From Bdellovibrionales bacterium (GTDB lineage: Bacteria > Bdellovibrionota > Bdellovibrionia > Bdellovibrionales > UBA1609): DNA of 64,000 nucleotides. Below, in pieces: positions 26,159-34,870 of this stretch (positions within the stretch are counted from its first letter, which is position 1; every line of letters starts with the position of its first letter). The DNA lies in the NCBI GenBank assembly GCA_965200025.1, contig OZ241325.1:1742000-1805999 (forward strand). The letters are read 5' to 3'. The translations under genes and the position numbers were made by a program. The notes beneath the pieces are model-generated. The model ran no database searches. It had not been told where the DNA came from and worked only from the letters and a program-made list of their open reading frames with translations.

Positions 26159-27592
26159 ATGAAAATCCAAAACTTTAAGTATGCTGTTTTTTTTGTTGTT
26201 ACTTTTTTTGCCGCACACAGGGTGGTTTTAAATACAGGGGCTTTGTCTCTTTTGCCCGCCGCTGTTGCTAATGAGTATAATAATGCAGCAGAGAAATTAA
26301 AGGAACAACTTGAAGAAAATCAATTGCCCGCCGCTGTTGCTAATGAGTATAATAATGCAGCAGAGAAATTAAAGGAACAACTTGAAGAAAATCAATTGGA
26401 TTTAGAAAGTATAAAAGGTTACCTGAGCGGTGAGTTTTGTACAACCACGTATAATGAGGAAGGAAAACCAAACAACCAGGGCAAAGTAAATGCATTTTCA
26501 TCATTTTGTTCTGCTGCAGAGTTGAAGGCTACGGAACTCAGGAAACAAGAGGCAGAGGGGAAGTCTTTGGCAGAGACCAACAAGGAGCGGGAGGAAAAAT
26601 GCGACGAGGCTCATAAAAACTACGAGGAGGCCAAAAAAGAGGCCAAAGAGGAGCAACAAAAACACATGGACACCTTCAACGACCTTCAGGAAAAAATCAC
26701 CGCCGAGGAGGCGGAAATCAAACAGGCCGAAGTGGAGACCGCAGAGGAGTTAAAAACCCTCACCCGCAAGTCCAAGCAAAGTGTATTAAAAATGCGCGAT
26801 CAGCTGGACGGGGAGCTTAAAAAAATGGACGGCCAAATCTCCGAACTTCAAAACTCTTTAAGTCAAATGGAATCCAATATAGATGGTATTTACATCAAAA
26901 GACAAAAGCTGTTTTTGGAACAGCAAAAAATGGAAAATGAACTGTTTAGCAAATGTTATGACTGGGCCGAAGAGCATTTACTTAACAATAAAAAAAGCAG
27001 AATCTCCAACACCACCCGTCACCGCACCATGGGGGCTTTGGTAACGGCCAGTCGTAATCAGATCAACCAACAGTATCAAAGAAAGTTTGACAGCTATTTT
27101 AACCACTGCATGAGAAAAAGCAAAAACCAAAAACAAAAACAGCTTCAGCAAAAAGCCCTTCAAATCGAGCTGACAAATCTGGAAAATATGGAAAAATCTG
27201 TAAAAAACAACATCGAACAACTAAAATCACAAATTGCCAGGCTTCAAAATCCGGACAAGGTGAAACTGATGAGTCGTTTTAAAAGAGATATGCAAAATCA
27301 AATTCAAAACTTTCAGGCGGACTACGATGCCTATGCCAAAAGTTTTGCCGCCACTCATGAAAAACACATCAAAGCCATTGGTGATTTAAAAAGAAAACAG
27401 GCCACAGCCCTTCACAACAGGTCTCAGGCCGTACCTCAAAACACCAAAGATGCTCTTTATGCCAATCAGTGTGTTCAGGCTCAGCAGGCTTTTAATCTTT
27501 TCTCCCAGGCCGGCCAGGGGGGGGAAGGCTCCACCCAACAGCAGCAGCTTTACCAGATGTTGCAAAGACAGACCAGCTCTGCAGGTCAGTGA
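26159..27592 (+). CDS. Secreted coiled-coil protein with an exact 24-aa duplication and a Q-rich C-terminus
   Basis: Signal peptide. Long E/K/Q-rich heptad-like sequence. LPAAVANEYNNAAEKLKEQLEENQ occurs twice in tandem. Confidence 0.6.
   Translation: MKIQNFKYAVFFVVTFFAAHRVVLNTGALSLLPAAVANEYNNAAEKLKEQLEENQLPAAVANEYNNAAEKLKEQLEENQLDLESIKGYLSGEFCTTTYNEEGKPNNQGKVNAFSSFCSAAELKATELRKQEAEGKSLAETNKEREEKCDEAHKNYEEAKKEAKEEQQKHMDTFNDLQEKITAEEAEIKQAEVETAEELKTLTRKSKQSVLKMRDQLDGELKKMDGQISELQNSLSQMESNIDGIYIKRQKLFLEQQKMENELFSKCYDWAEEHLLNNKKSRISNTTRHRTMGALVTASRNQINQQYQRKFDSYFNHCMRKSKNQKQKQLQQKALQIELTNLENMEKSVKNNIEQLKSQIARLQNPDKVKLMSRFKRDMQNQIQNFQADYDAYAKSFAATHEKHIKAIGDLKRKQATALHNRSQAVPQNTKDALYANQCVQAQQAFNLFSQAGQGGEGSTQQQQLYQMLQRQTSSAGQ
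26252..26395 (+). repeat. Perfect 72-bp x2 tandem duplication inside the coiled-coil gene
   Basis: ttgcccgccgctgttgctaatgagtataataatgcagcagagaaattaaaggaacaacttgaagaaaatcaa occurs at 26252-26323 and again at 26324-26395 with no mismatch. Confidence 0.95.
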
Positions 27593-27862
27593 AAAAAAAG
27601 GAAGAGAACACTTAAGGTCTGAAATCCATTTTATTTGAGTGAGAGATCACGGTAAAGGTTTCAGGCTTCCCGAAAATTGACTTTCCGGGCCTGCTCACCA
27701 CCTTCAGAGGCATTCTCTTCTTCTTAAGCTTGTAGGATTCACCTTACTTGGTTTCCCTCCCTTAAAGGTCCATTAGGGATTATTTTTATGGGGAAGTCAA
27801 AGCAAAAAACTCCGGAATTGACTTTCCGGTGGAAAAATCGTTAAAGTGGTTTTTGTCTCGCT

Positions 27863-29095
27863 ATGGAACATTCTTCAGAAAACGGTTTTTTTTCCCCCCC
27901 TGAACGCACCTGCCTTAAGGTTTGTGAGCTTACCGATCTGATTAAGAGGCGGGTGGAGGATTTTCCCCCTGTGTATGTTCAGGGGGAGGTTTCCAACTTT
28001 ACAGCGGCTTATGCTTCGGGGCATTGGTACTTCACTTTAAAAGACAGCCAGTCTCAAATTCGGGTGGTGATGTTTAAATCCTCCAATGAGAGGGTCAAAA
28101 GCTTTAAACCCAAAGATGGTATGGAGATCAGAGTTTTTGGCCGGCTCAATGTTTATAAACCCCGCGGGGAATACAACATTATTTGTCACTCCGTGGAGCA
28201 GGCAGGCCAGGGGCTTCTTCAGGAACAGTTCGAAAAACTGAAACAAAAACTAAAGGCGGAGGGTTTGTTTGAGCGTAAAAAACCTCTTCCTTTCCTGCCC
28301 ATGCATATTGTGATTGTCAGCTCTCCCGGGGGGGCTGCCATTCGGGACATTTTAAACATTTTAAAAAGACGCTTTAAAGGGGTGCAGGTGACTTTAATAG
28401 GGGCTTTGGTGCAGGGGGAGGCGGCCGCAGAGAGCTTAAGAGAGGCGGTTTTAAAAGCTCAAAAGCTTAAAAGTGTGGATGTTCTGATTATCACCCGGGG
28501 GGGGGGAAGTATGGAAGACCTGTGGGCTTTTAACGATGAGGCCCTTGCCCGTCAGATATTTGAATTTAAAGGACCTGTGATTTCTGCCGTGGGGCATGAG
28601 ATTGATTTTACAATATGTGATTTTGTGGCGGATTTAAGAGCCCCCACCCCCTCTGCCGCCGCTGAGCTGGTGGTGAAAAACCGGCAGGATTTGGCAGAAA
28701 AAACCCGGCAGCTCACAAACAGTTTAAAAAACAGCATTTTAAACAAACTGCAATCTTTGTCAGGTCAGCTGAGAAACTTAAAACAGGGGATCAGCAATCC
28801 GGCCAAAAAACTTCAGGATTTGGGCCAGTATCTGGACGAGATCAGCCAAAGAATGAAACAGGGCCTGTTCGAACATCTTCGTTATCGAAGGCAGGTTTTA
28901 AAAAATTTTCAGGCCCTGCTGGACAGCTTAAGCCCTTTAAAAGTGCTGGACAGGGGCTATGCTTTGGTCAGTCAAAATCAAAAACTGATAAAAGATGCCG
29001 CTCACTTAAAGACAAAACAAGCCCTTCATCTTCGTTTTGCAAAAGGGCGGGCTTCGGTGCAGATTAAAAAAATTATCACTCACAAAGGAGAATAA
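27863..29095 (+). CDS. xseA: Exodeoxyribonuclease VII large subunit
   Basis: OB-fold N-terminus (VYVQGEVSNF .. GHWYFTLKD). Catalytic region (IITRGGGSMEDLWAFNDE, ISAVGHEIDFT). Followed by xseB. Confidence 0.9.
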   Translation: MEHSSENGFFSPPERTCLKVCELTDLIKRRVEDFPPVYVQGEVSNFTAAYASGHWYFTLKDSQSQIRVVMFKSSNERVKSFKPKDGMEIRVFGRLNVYKPRGEYNIICHSVEQAGQGLLQEQFEKLKQKLKAEGLFERKKPLPFLPMHIVIVSSPGGAAIRDILNILKRRFKGVQVTLIGALVQGEAAAESLREAVLKAQKLKSVDVLIITRGGGSMEDLWAFNDEALARQIFEFKGPVISAVGHEIDFTICDFVADLRAPTPSAAAELVVKNRQDLAEKTRQLTNSLKNSILNKLQSLSGQLRNLKQGISNPAKKLQDLGQYLDEISQRMKQGLFEHLRYRRQVLKNFQALLDSLSPLKVLDRGYALVSQNQKLIKDAAHLKTKQALHLRFAKGRASVQIKKIITHKGE

Positions 29096-29317
29096 ATGGA
29101 ATTTGAAAAAAAACTTAAAGAGCTGGAAAAACTGGTGGAGCAGATGAGCCGTGGCAAGCTCTCCCTGGAGGAGGACATTAAAGCTTTTGAAAAAGGGGTC
29201 AGGCTTTCCCGGGATCTGGGGAAGCAGCTTTTTCAGGCTGAGAAAAAAGTTAAACAACTCATTGGTTTTACTGAAGAGGGTGAGCCGGAAACCAAAGATT
29301 TTGAAGACAGAGAGTGA
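29096..29317 (+). CDS. xseB: Exodeoxyribonuclease VII small subunit
   Basis: 73 aa. FEKKLKELEKLVEQMSRGKLSLEEDIKAFEKGVRLS is typical XseB. The start abuts the xseA stop. Confidence 0.85.
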   Translation: MEFEKKLKELEKLVEQMSRGKLSLEEDIKAFEKGVRLSRDLGKQLFQAEKKVKQLIGFTEEGEPETKDFEDRE

Positions 29318-30164
29318 AACACTTTTTTTAACGGCCGGGGCTTCAGGCTTTTTAAAGAGATTTCAGTCTTTTTTAAGGCAGCAGGTGCTGGCCCTTAAAC
29401 CTTTGGCTTTTGTCTCTCACAGGGAGCTTTGCCAGTCCATAAGCTATACACTTTTGGGAAATGGAAAGAGGTTTCGCCCGCTTTTGTGCTGGAGTGTGGC
29501 AGGGCTTTGGGGGGTCAGGCTTCAGGATTTTTTGCCCTGGGCCTGTGCGGTGGAAATGATGCACACGGCCTCTTTAATCCACGATGATTTGCCTTTAATG
29601 GATAATGCTCTTCAAAGAAGGGGCCGGGCCTGCAATCACAGAAGGTTTGGTGAGCAGACAGCTTTTTTGGCAGCCAGCTCTCTTTGGATAGAGGCTTTTC
29701 GGATGCTCACCCTAAGACCGGCTTTTACACACTCCTGGTTAAAAATTTTGTGCCGGGCCAGTGGGATGAAGGGGCTTATGGGGGGGCAGATGCTGGACTT
29801 AAAACCCCCTTTAAAAAAAACAGATTTTTACTATAAAAAAATGCATGAAATGAAGACAGCCGGTTTAATTTCTGCCAGTATGGAGGGGGTGAGGATTTTA
29901 AAACCCCAGGCGGACCCCGGTGGGGAAAACATTAAAGAGGTGGCAAGGCTTTTGGGCCTGGCTTATCAGCTGGCAGATGATTTACAGGATCAGGCAGAGG
30001 GGGGAAGTGCCAACCGTATGCAGTTTTTGGGTCTTCCGGCCGCCCGGGCCAAACTTTTAAATTTAACAGAGCAGGTGCTGAGTTTAATGGGTAAGGAAAC
30101 AAAAAATCTTGGTTTTTTTAAAAATCTTGTGCTTTTTAATTACGAAAGGGCAGGTTTGAAATGA
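29301..30164 (+). CDS. ispA: Polyprenyl (farnesyl/geranyl) diphosphate synthase. The start is uncertain; the ORF is open from 29151.
   Basis: First DDxxD-type motif LIHDDLPLMDN, second DDLQD, and GKRFRP. Confidence 0.8.
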   Translation: MKTESETLFLTAGASGFLKRFQSFLRQQVLALKPLAFVSHRELCQSISYTLLGNGKRFRPLLCWSVAGLWGVRLQDFLPWACAVEMMHTASLIHDDLPLMDNALQRRGRACNHRRFGEQTAFLAASSLWIEAFRMLTLRPAFTHSWLKILCRASGMKGLMGGQMLDLKPPLKKTDFYYKKMHEMKTAGLISASMEGVRILKPQADPGGENIKEVARLLGLAYQLADDLQDQAEGGSANRMQFLGLPAARAKLLNLTEQVLSLMGKETKNLGFFKNLVLFNYERAGLK

Positions 30165-31078
30165 CAAAAGATCCCCTTAAAAAGGTCTTTCTTAAAAGTG
30201 CAAAAGTTTTTGGGCTTTGCTGGCTGATTTTGGTTTTGCCCGCCTGTAAAAGTTTAAGTTCTTTGAAAAACCAGGGGGCTTTTTTGCTTTCTCAGGAGGG
30301 GGCCTCAGAAGATCAGCAGGCATTGAAGGTGGGGCTTTTTATTTCGGACGGAGGGGGAGAGGGGACTTTTACCCTCATCCCGGTTTTAAAGCTTCTTCAG
30401 GAAAATCAGCTGCATTTTCACAGTATCACAGGCACAGGGTGGGGGGCATGGCTTGCGGCAGTGTTTGCCCGGAGTCAAAACATCAATCAGGCGGAGTGGG
30501 CTTTGTTTAAACTCCGGCAAAAAGGGGTTTTTGAGGATAAACTTTTTACGCAAAAAAAAAGCCAGGCCGTGGCTTTAAGCCGCATGACAGGGGAATTTTT
30601 TAATTCCCCCCTGGGGACAGAATTTTATTGTCCGGTGTTAAGCCCCCGGGGGGAGTTAAAGTTTGTGGGGGCTTTTTTGCTTTTGGGCTGTTTAAATGCC
30701 TTACCTCCCTTGAATTTTGTTTTTCCGGGTATGATGTACCGGGGCAGTGTGTTTGCAGCCCAGGCCGCTTTAAACCGTTTAAAACTTAAGGGTATGGATC
30801 TTATTGTGTGGCTTAAGGGGCCGGTGGAGTGTGCCTTAAAAGACTTAAGGCCCGGGGACAAAGAGCTTTCTTACTGGTGGGAGCTGGTTTATCAGCTTAA
30901 GAATTTGCAAACAGGGCCGGAGGTTTTTGTTTTTGATATGTCCCGTCTTTCTTCGAAAGTTTGTGAGTTTGTAAAATCCCGTGGGCAGGCCATAGACTCA
31001 GAATTTCAAACCCGGCTGAAAAGAGAATTTAAAAAACTGGAACACAAACTTCAAAACTTAAAAAACCAGGGGGTTTAA
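30161..31078 (+). CDS. Patatin-like lipoprotein with a degenerate active site
   Basis: Lipobox LPAC. Patatin layout GLFISDGGGEG...ITGTGWGAW, where the nucleophile position reads GTGWG instead of G-x-S-x-G. Confidence 0.45.
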   Translation: MTKDPLKKVFLKSAKVFGLCWLILVLPACKSLSSLKNQGAFLLSQEGASEDQQALKVGLFISDGGGEGTFTLIPVLKLLQENQLHFHSITGTGWGAWLAAVFARSQNINQAEWALFKLRQKGVFEDKLFTQKKSQAVALSRMTGEFFNSPLGTEFYCPVLSPRGELKFVGAFLLLGCLNALPPLNFVFPGMMYRGSVFAAQAALNRLKLKGMDLIVWLKGPVECALKDLRPGDKELSYWWELVYQLKNLQTGPEVFVFDMSRLSSKVCEFVKSRGQAIDSEFQTRLKREFKKLEHKLQNLKNQGV

Positions 31079-31083
31079 AAAAA

Positions 31084-32370
31084 ATGGTGTTTTCCCCTCA
31101 GGTGTATCGGAGCAGAAGAAAAAAGCTTTGTGACAGCCTGACCCCAGAGTCTCTTGTGATTATCCCTTCGTGGCCCTGCTGTCCCCGCCCGGGTTTTACA
31201 GACACATTGTACCGGGCCCACTCGGATATGATATATTTTACCGGTTTTGAAGAGGCTGGGGCCTGCCTGATTTTACAAAAAAAAGAATGCTTTTTATTTG
31301 TGCAGCCGAAAAACCCTGTCAGGGAGCAATGGGATGGGGAAATATGGGGTCCGGAAAAAACCTCTTCTGTATTGGGTTTAAATGCCTGTTATCCGGTCTC
31401 TCAGTTTCCCCATCTGTTGGCCCATGTTTTAAAAGATAAGAACTGTCTTTACTACCGGTGGGGTATTAACCCTGTGTGGGATCAAAAAATCCGCTGTGCT
31501 TTGGATCAAAAAAGCACCAGGGGAAGAAGTTTTCCCTCTCTTTGTGATTCCATAAAACTCACCGCCCCTTTGCGAATGGTGAAAAGCCCCCAGGAGGTTT
31601 TATATATAAAAAAATCTGTGGATATAGCCGCTTTGGCCCACCGGGAGGTGATAAGGCACACCACAGAGAGCAAAAATGAAGGCCAGCTTTACGGCCGGTT
31701 TTTGTTTGAAGTTTTTAAACAGGGGGGACGGGGAGAGGCTTACACCGGTATTTTTGCCTCAGGCTTTAAGGCCTGCACCCTGCATTATACAAAAAACAAC
31801 CAACCCTTAAAACGGGGGGAGCTTTTGCTGGTGGACGCAGGGGCTGAGTATAAAAATTACTGCTCGGATATTACCAGGACCTTTCCCATCAGTGGGCGGT
31901 TTTCGAAGCTGCAAAAAAGAGTTTATAACAAACTGCTAAAAGCACAAAAAACCCTGATTCAAAGTGCAAAGGTGGGGGTGAAATTAAAAGAGCTGCAACA
32001 AAAAGCGGAAAAGCTTTTGGCTGAAATTATGCTGGAGGAGGGATGGCTAAAAGGTTCTTTAAAAGAGATTTTAAAAAAAGGGGAGCATAAAAAATACTTT
32101 CCCCACGGTTTGGGGCATTCCATGGGCCTGGATGTTCATGATCCGGTTTTTAATGAGGAAAAAGATTTTTTACTGCCCGCAGGTTTTGTTATGACCATTG
32201 AGCCGGGGCTTTACCTCCCGCTTCAGGACTCCTCTTTAAAATCCGGGTACAGGGGCCTGGGCCTAAGAATTGAAGACGACATTTTAATCACAAAAAAAGG
32301 GCCGGAAGTTTTAAGTGACAAAGCTCCGAAAGAAGTGGAGGAGCTGGAACATTTAATGAACCCCCCTTAA
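31084..32370 (+). CDS. pepP: Xaa-Pro aminopeptidase (M24B)
   Basis: M24 metal ligand blocks (LLVDAGAEYKNYCSDITRT, HGLGHSMGLDVHD, TIEPGLY, RIEDD). Confidence 0.85.
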   Translation: MVFSPQVYRSRRKKLCDSLTPESLVIIPSWPCCPRPGFTDTLYRAHSDMIYFTGFEEAGACLILQKKECFLFVQPKNPVREQWDGEIWGPEKTSSVLGLNACYPVSQFPHLLAHVLKDKNCLYYRWGINPVWDQKIRCALDQKSTRGRSFPSLCDSIKLTAPLRMVKSPQEVLYIKKSVDIAALAHREVIRHTTESKNEGQLYGRFLFEVFKQGGRGEAYTGIFASGFKACTLHYTKNNQPLKRGELLLVDAGAEYKNYCSDITRTFPISGRFSKLQKRVYNKLLKAQKTLIQSAKVGVKLKELQQKAEKLLAEIMLEEGWLKGSLKEILKKGEHKKYFPHGLGHSMGLDVHDPVFNEEKDFLLPAGFVMTIEPGLYLPLQDSSLKSGYRGLGLRIEDDILITKKGPEVLSDKAPKEVEELEHLMNPP

Positions 32371-32372
32371 AT

Positions 32373-33101
32373 AACCCGGAAGAAAAACACTCCATCTGTG
32401 ACCTTAAACTCACCCTCAACACCGGGGAAAAAGTGAATGTGGAAATGCAAAACTTCCCCGAAAAACACTTCTTTAAAAGAACCCTGTTTTACCTGTCCCG
32501 TCTGTACACAGAAGGCTTAAAAAAAGGGGGAGGTTACAACCAGCTGCCAGACACTTATCTGTTGATTTTAACCAATTTTACCCTGTTTCAACAAACCGGG
32601 GACTATTACTCCTCTTTTTCTTTCCGGAGGGATGAGAAGCCTCATTTTATGTTCCACCGGGCTTTAAGGGTGGTGACTGTGGAGTTAAACAAGTTCCCCA
32701 GAAAGAGGATAAGTGCTTTATTTGACTTAAAAGAGCAGTGGTGTTATATGTTAAAGAGGTCAGACAGGATGAGGGAGGAAGAGCTTAATCATTTGGGGGA
32801 GAGGAGTAAGGATATGAAGGAGGTCACGGATCATTTTAAGGAGTTGAGTGCTTCAGAGCAGAGGAGGTTTTTGGAAGAGCATCGTCAGAAGTCTGAGTGG
32901 GTTTTTCACAACCAGAAAGAGTATGCACGGGATGAAGGCCGGGCAGAGGGTCTTAAACAAGGTAGAGAAGAAGGCATGAAACAAGGTATGAAGCAGGTGG
33001 CTTTACAAATGCTTAAGGAAAAAGCAGATATTGGTTTTATTGCCAGAGTGACAGGAATCACAAAAGAAAGAGTGTTAAAACTCAAAGCGGAAATCGATTA
33101 A
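32373..33101 (+). pseudogene. 5'-truncated Rpn/PDDEXK_2-family putative transposase-nuclease gene. It retains only the region from the DLKL..NVEMQ motif onward.
   Basis: Homology to the full-length copy at 57131-58096 starts right after the pepP stop (PEEKHSICDLKLTLNTGEKVNVEMQNFPEKHFFKRTLFYLSRLY). About 110 N-terminal residues are missing. The longest ORF starts at GTG 32433. Confidence 0.7.
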
Positions 33102-33203
33102 AAAATACATGGGTAAAAACGCTAAAGGTTAATTACAGAGGAAAGAAAATCTACATTTTTTTCCTAAAAATCATTAAGATAACCTATTAAAGGTTACTGT
33201 TCG

Positions 33204-33605
33204 TGACCTCCAAAAAGTGGCTACTTTTCTCTAAAGGAGGGAGTAGCGATGTTAAGATATGCCAGGAGGTTCACAAGAGAGCAAAAATTGGTCATTCTGT
33301 CGGAGCATTTAGAGGGCGGTGTAAGTATCTCTGAGCTGTCTCGGAAGTACCAGGTCAGATTATTACAGAAAACCCGGATATTCGTTGGTGTTCGGATTGT
33401 TTTGAAGTTCATTGTTTTAATGGGGAGAAGGTGTATGTTTCATTTGTATTGGATTGCCATGACAGGGAGCTTATCAGTTTTGTGGCTTTTGCACGTCCTC
33501 TGGTGTCAGGGGATATAAAGGATTTGATGATTTTGGCTGTGGAGAGACGATTTGGTGGTGTTTTATACAACCAGAAAAGTAGCCAAAAATGGGGGCCAGT
33601 ACATT
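33204..33605 (+). mobile_element. IS3-family insertion sequence remnant (OrfA fragment joined to an OrfB fragment, 3' truncated)
   Basis: OrfA-like MLRYARRFTREQKLVILSEHLEGGVSISELSRKYQV. In another frame, PDIRWCSDCFEVHCFNGEKVYVSFVLDCHDRELISF.. is DDE/RNaseH-core-like and stops after RFGG. A possible left end TGACCTCC lies at 33204. Confidence 0.6.
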
Positions 33606-33627
33606 AACCCTTGAACCAAAATAAATC

Positions 33628-34197
33628 CTATTTACCTGATTGTTTGTTAAAAACAAAAGGATCATGCCAGTAACATCCCTCACAAGTGCCTTCATATCTC
33701 AAAGTTCCTTTAAAAACTGATTTGTTATAGCCTAATTTTTTCGCATTAAATCTTTCTCTTGTATTTCTGCATTTTTTACAGTGTTCTCTTTTGGCGGCAT
33801 TTACAGATTTATGCATGGGTTGAAATAAATCTCTTGTTTGATTTTGGGGTAATATATCAAAAGCTTTAAAACCATCTTTATGATCACATTCCAGATTGTG
33901 TGTTGTGTGTAAAACAACATATGGTCTGGATAAAACTTTCTTTTTAATAGAGAGTTTGATTTGTTGATTATAACTGTGGTTTTTTAATCCTCTGAGCTGA
34001 ATATATTTTGTTTTATTTTTTTCTTTATGAATATATACATTATATTTTGTTAAACTTCTGGCCCAGGGATTTCCATTTCTGTAAAATAGAGGACTAAAGT
34101 TTCCTTTAAACTCTTTGGGGTAAATTTCCCGGGAAAAGCCTGTGTTGTCTGGCTTTGCCAGTTCCAAAAACAGATATTTTTTTGTTGGTCTCTTCAA
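33628..34197 (-). CDS. Candidate HNH/Cys-rich type II restriction endonuclease
   Basis: HTTHNLECDHKDG is an H-N-H-like core. Cys clusters follow (HCKKCRNTRERF, GTCEGCYWHD). It lies immediately downstream of, and overlaps, a DNA methyltransferase gene. A+T-rich by eye. Confidence 0.5.
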   Translation of the reverse strand: MKRPTKKYLFLELAKPDNTGFSREIYPKEFKGNFSPLFYRNGNPWARSLTKYNVYIHKEKNKTKYIQLRGLKNHSYNQQIKLSIKKKVLSRPYVVLHTTHNLECDHKDGFKAFDILPQNQTRDLFQPMHKSVNAAKREHCKKCRNTRERFNAKKLGYNKSVFKGTLRYEGTCEGCYWHDPFVFNKQSGK

Positions 34198-34870
34198 TTC
34201 TTTTTCCCGCTTTTTTTGTGTAGGTGGGATCCTTTTCCCCCCCCAGGAACCGTCTCTTTAATTTTAATGCCGCCACTGCCGTGGTTCCCGATCCCAGGAA
34301 GGGATCTACCACCAAATCATTGGGCCGGGAGTGTTTTTTTATCAGCTCCTCCATAAGTTTTAAGGGTTTTTGGGTGGGGTGTGTTCGTTTTTCCCGGGGA
34401 ATGGGAAAACGATAAACCCCACTGTCGTACCTGCCGTTAAAAGTGGGCTTTCCCCCCTTAACAGCCATCACTGCCACTTCTCTGGCATTGTTTAAATAAC
34501 TGCTTTTTGAATTTAAGGGAACAGGGTTGGTTTTCTCCCAAATAATAAGCCTTGTCATACCAAAGCCGGCTTTTATAAAAGCGGCCTGCACCTTCGTGAT
34601 TTTCCACAAATCATAAAAACAGATAATCGTTCCCCCTTTTCTTAAAGCCTTATAACTGAGTTCGGAAAAACTTTTTAAACTTATCTCCTGATGATCCCAT
34701 TTTCCAAAATCCATGGAAACCGCAAATCTCTCTATGGATTTGGTTCCCAGGTGCTTAAATCCTGTTTTTTTTGAAATGGAATAAGGGGGATCTGTTAAAA
34801 TAAGATCGGCGGTCTGTTCAGGAATGATTCTTAGCAAATCTTTAAAGTCTGTTGTTTTTAATGAGATCAT
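34106..34870 (-). CDS. Beta-class N4/N6 DNA methyltransferase
   Basis: Motif IV TDPPYSI near the N-terminus and motif I VVDPFLGSGTTAVAA near the C-terminus. Confidence 0.85.
   Translation of the reverse strand: MISLKTTDFKDLLRIIPEQTADLILTDPPYSISKKTGFKHLGTKSIERFAVSMDFGKWDHQEISLKSFSELSYKALRKGGTIICFYDLWKITKVQAAFIKAGFGMTRLIIWEKTNPVPLNSKSSYLNNAREVAVMAVKGGKPTFNGRYDSGVYRFPIPREKRTHPTQKPLKLMEELIKKHSRPNDLVVDPFLGSGTTAVAALKLKRRFLGGEKDPTYTKKAGKRIEETNKKISVFGTGKARQHRLFPGNLPQRV

Noticed and set aside
26252-26395. Possibility that the tandem repeats here and at 62872-62955 are CRISPR arrays.
   Set aside because: The units are directly adjacent with no spacers, lie in frame within ORFs, and have unit lengths of 72 and 21 bp. 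They are coding repeats, not CRISPR.
29151-29300. 5' extension of the ispA ORF (MASSPWRR...) overlapping xseB in another frame.
   Set aside because: xseB in its own frame shows canonical XseB sequence. The extension has no prenyl-synthase similarity, so the real ispA start is probably near the xseB stop (e.g. TTG 29301).
33249-33518. 89-aa ORF listed as a possible intact gene.
   Set aside because: Only its first roughly 36 aa look like IS3 OrfA. The remainder is read-through into out-of-frame OrfB sequence. It is better described as part of a degraded IS remnant.
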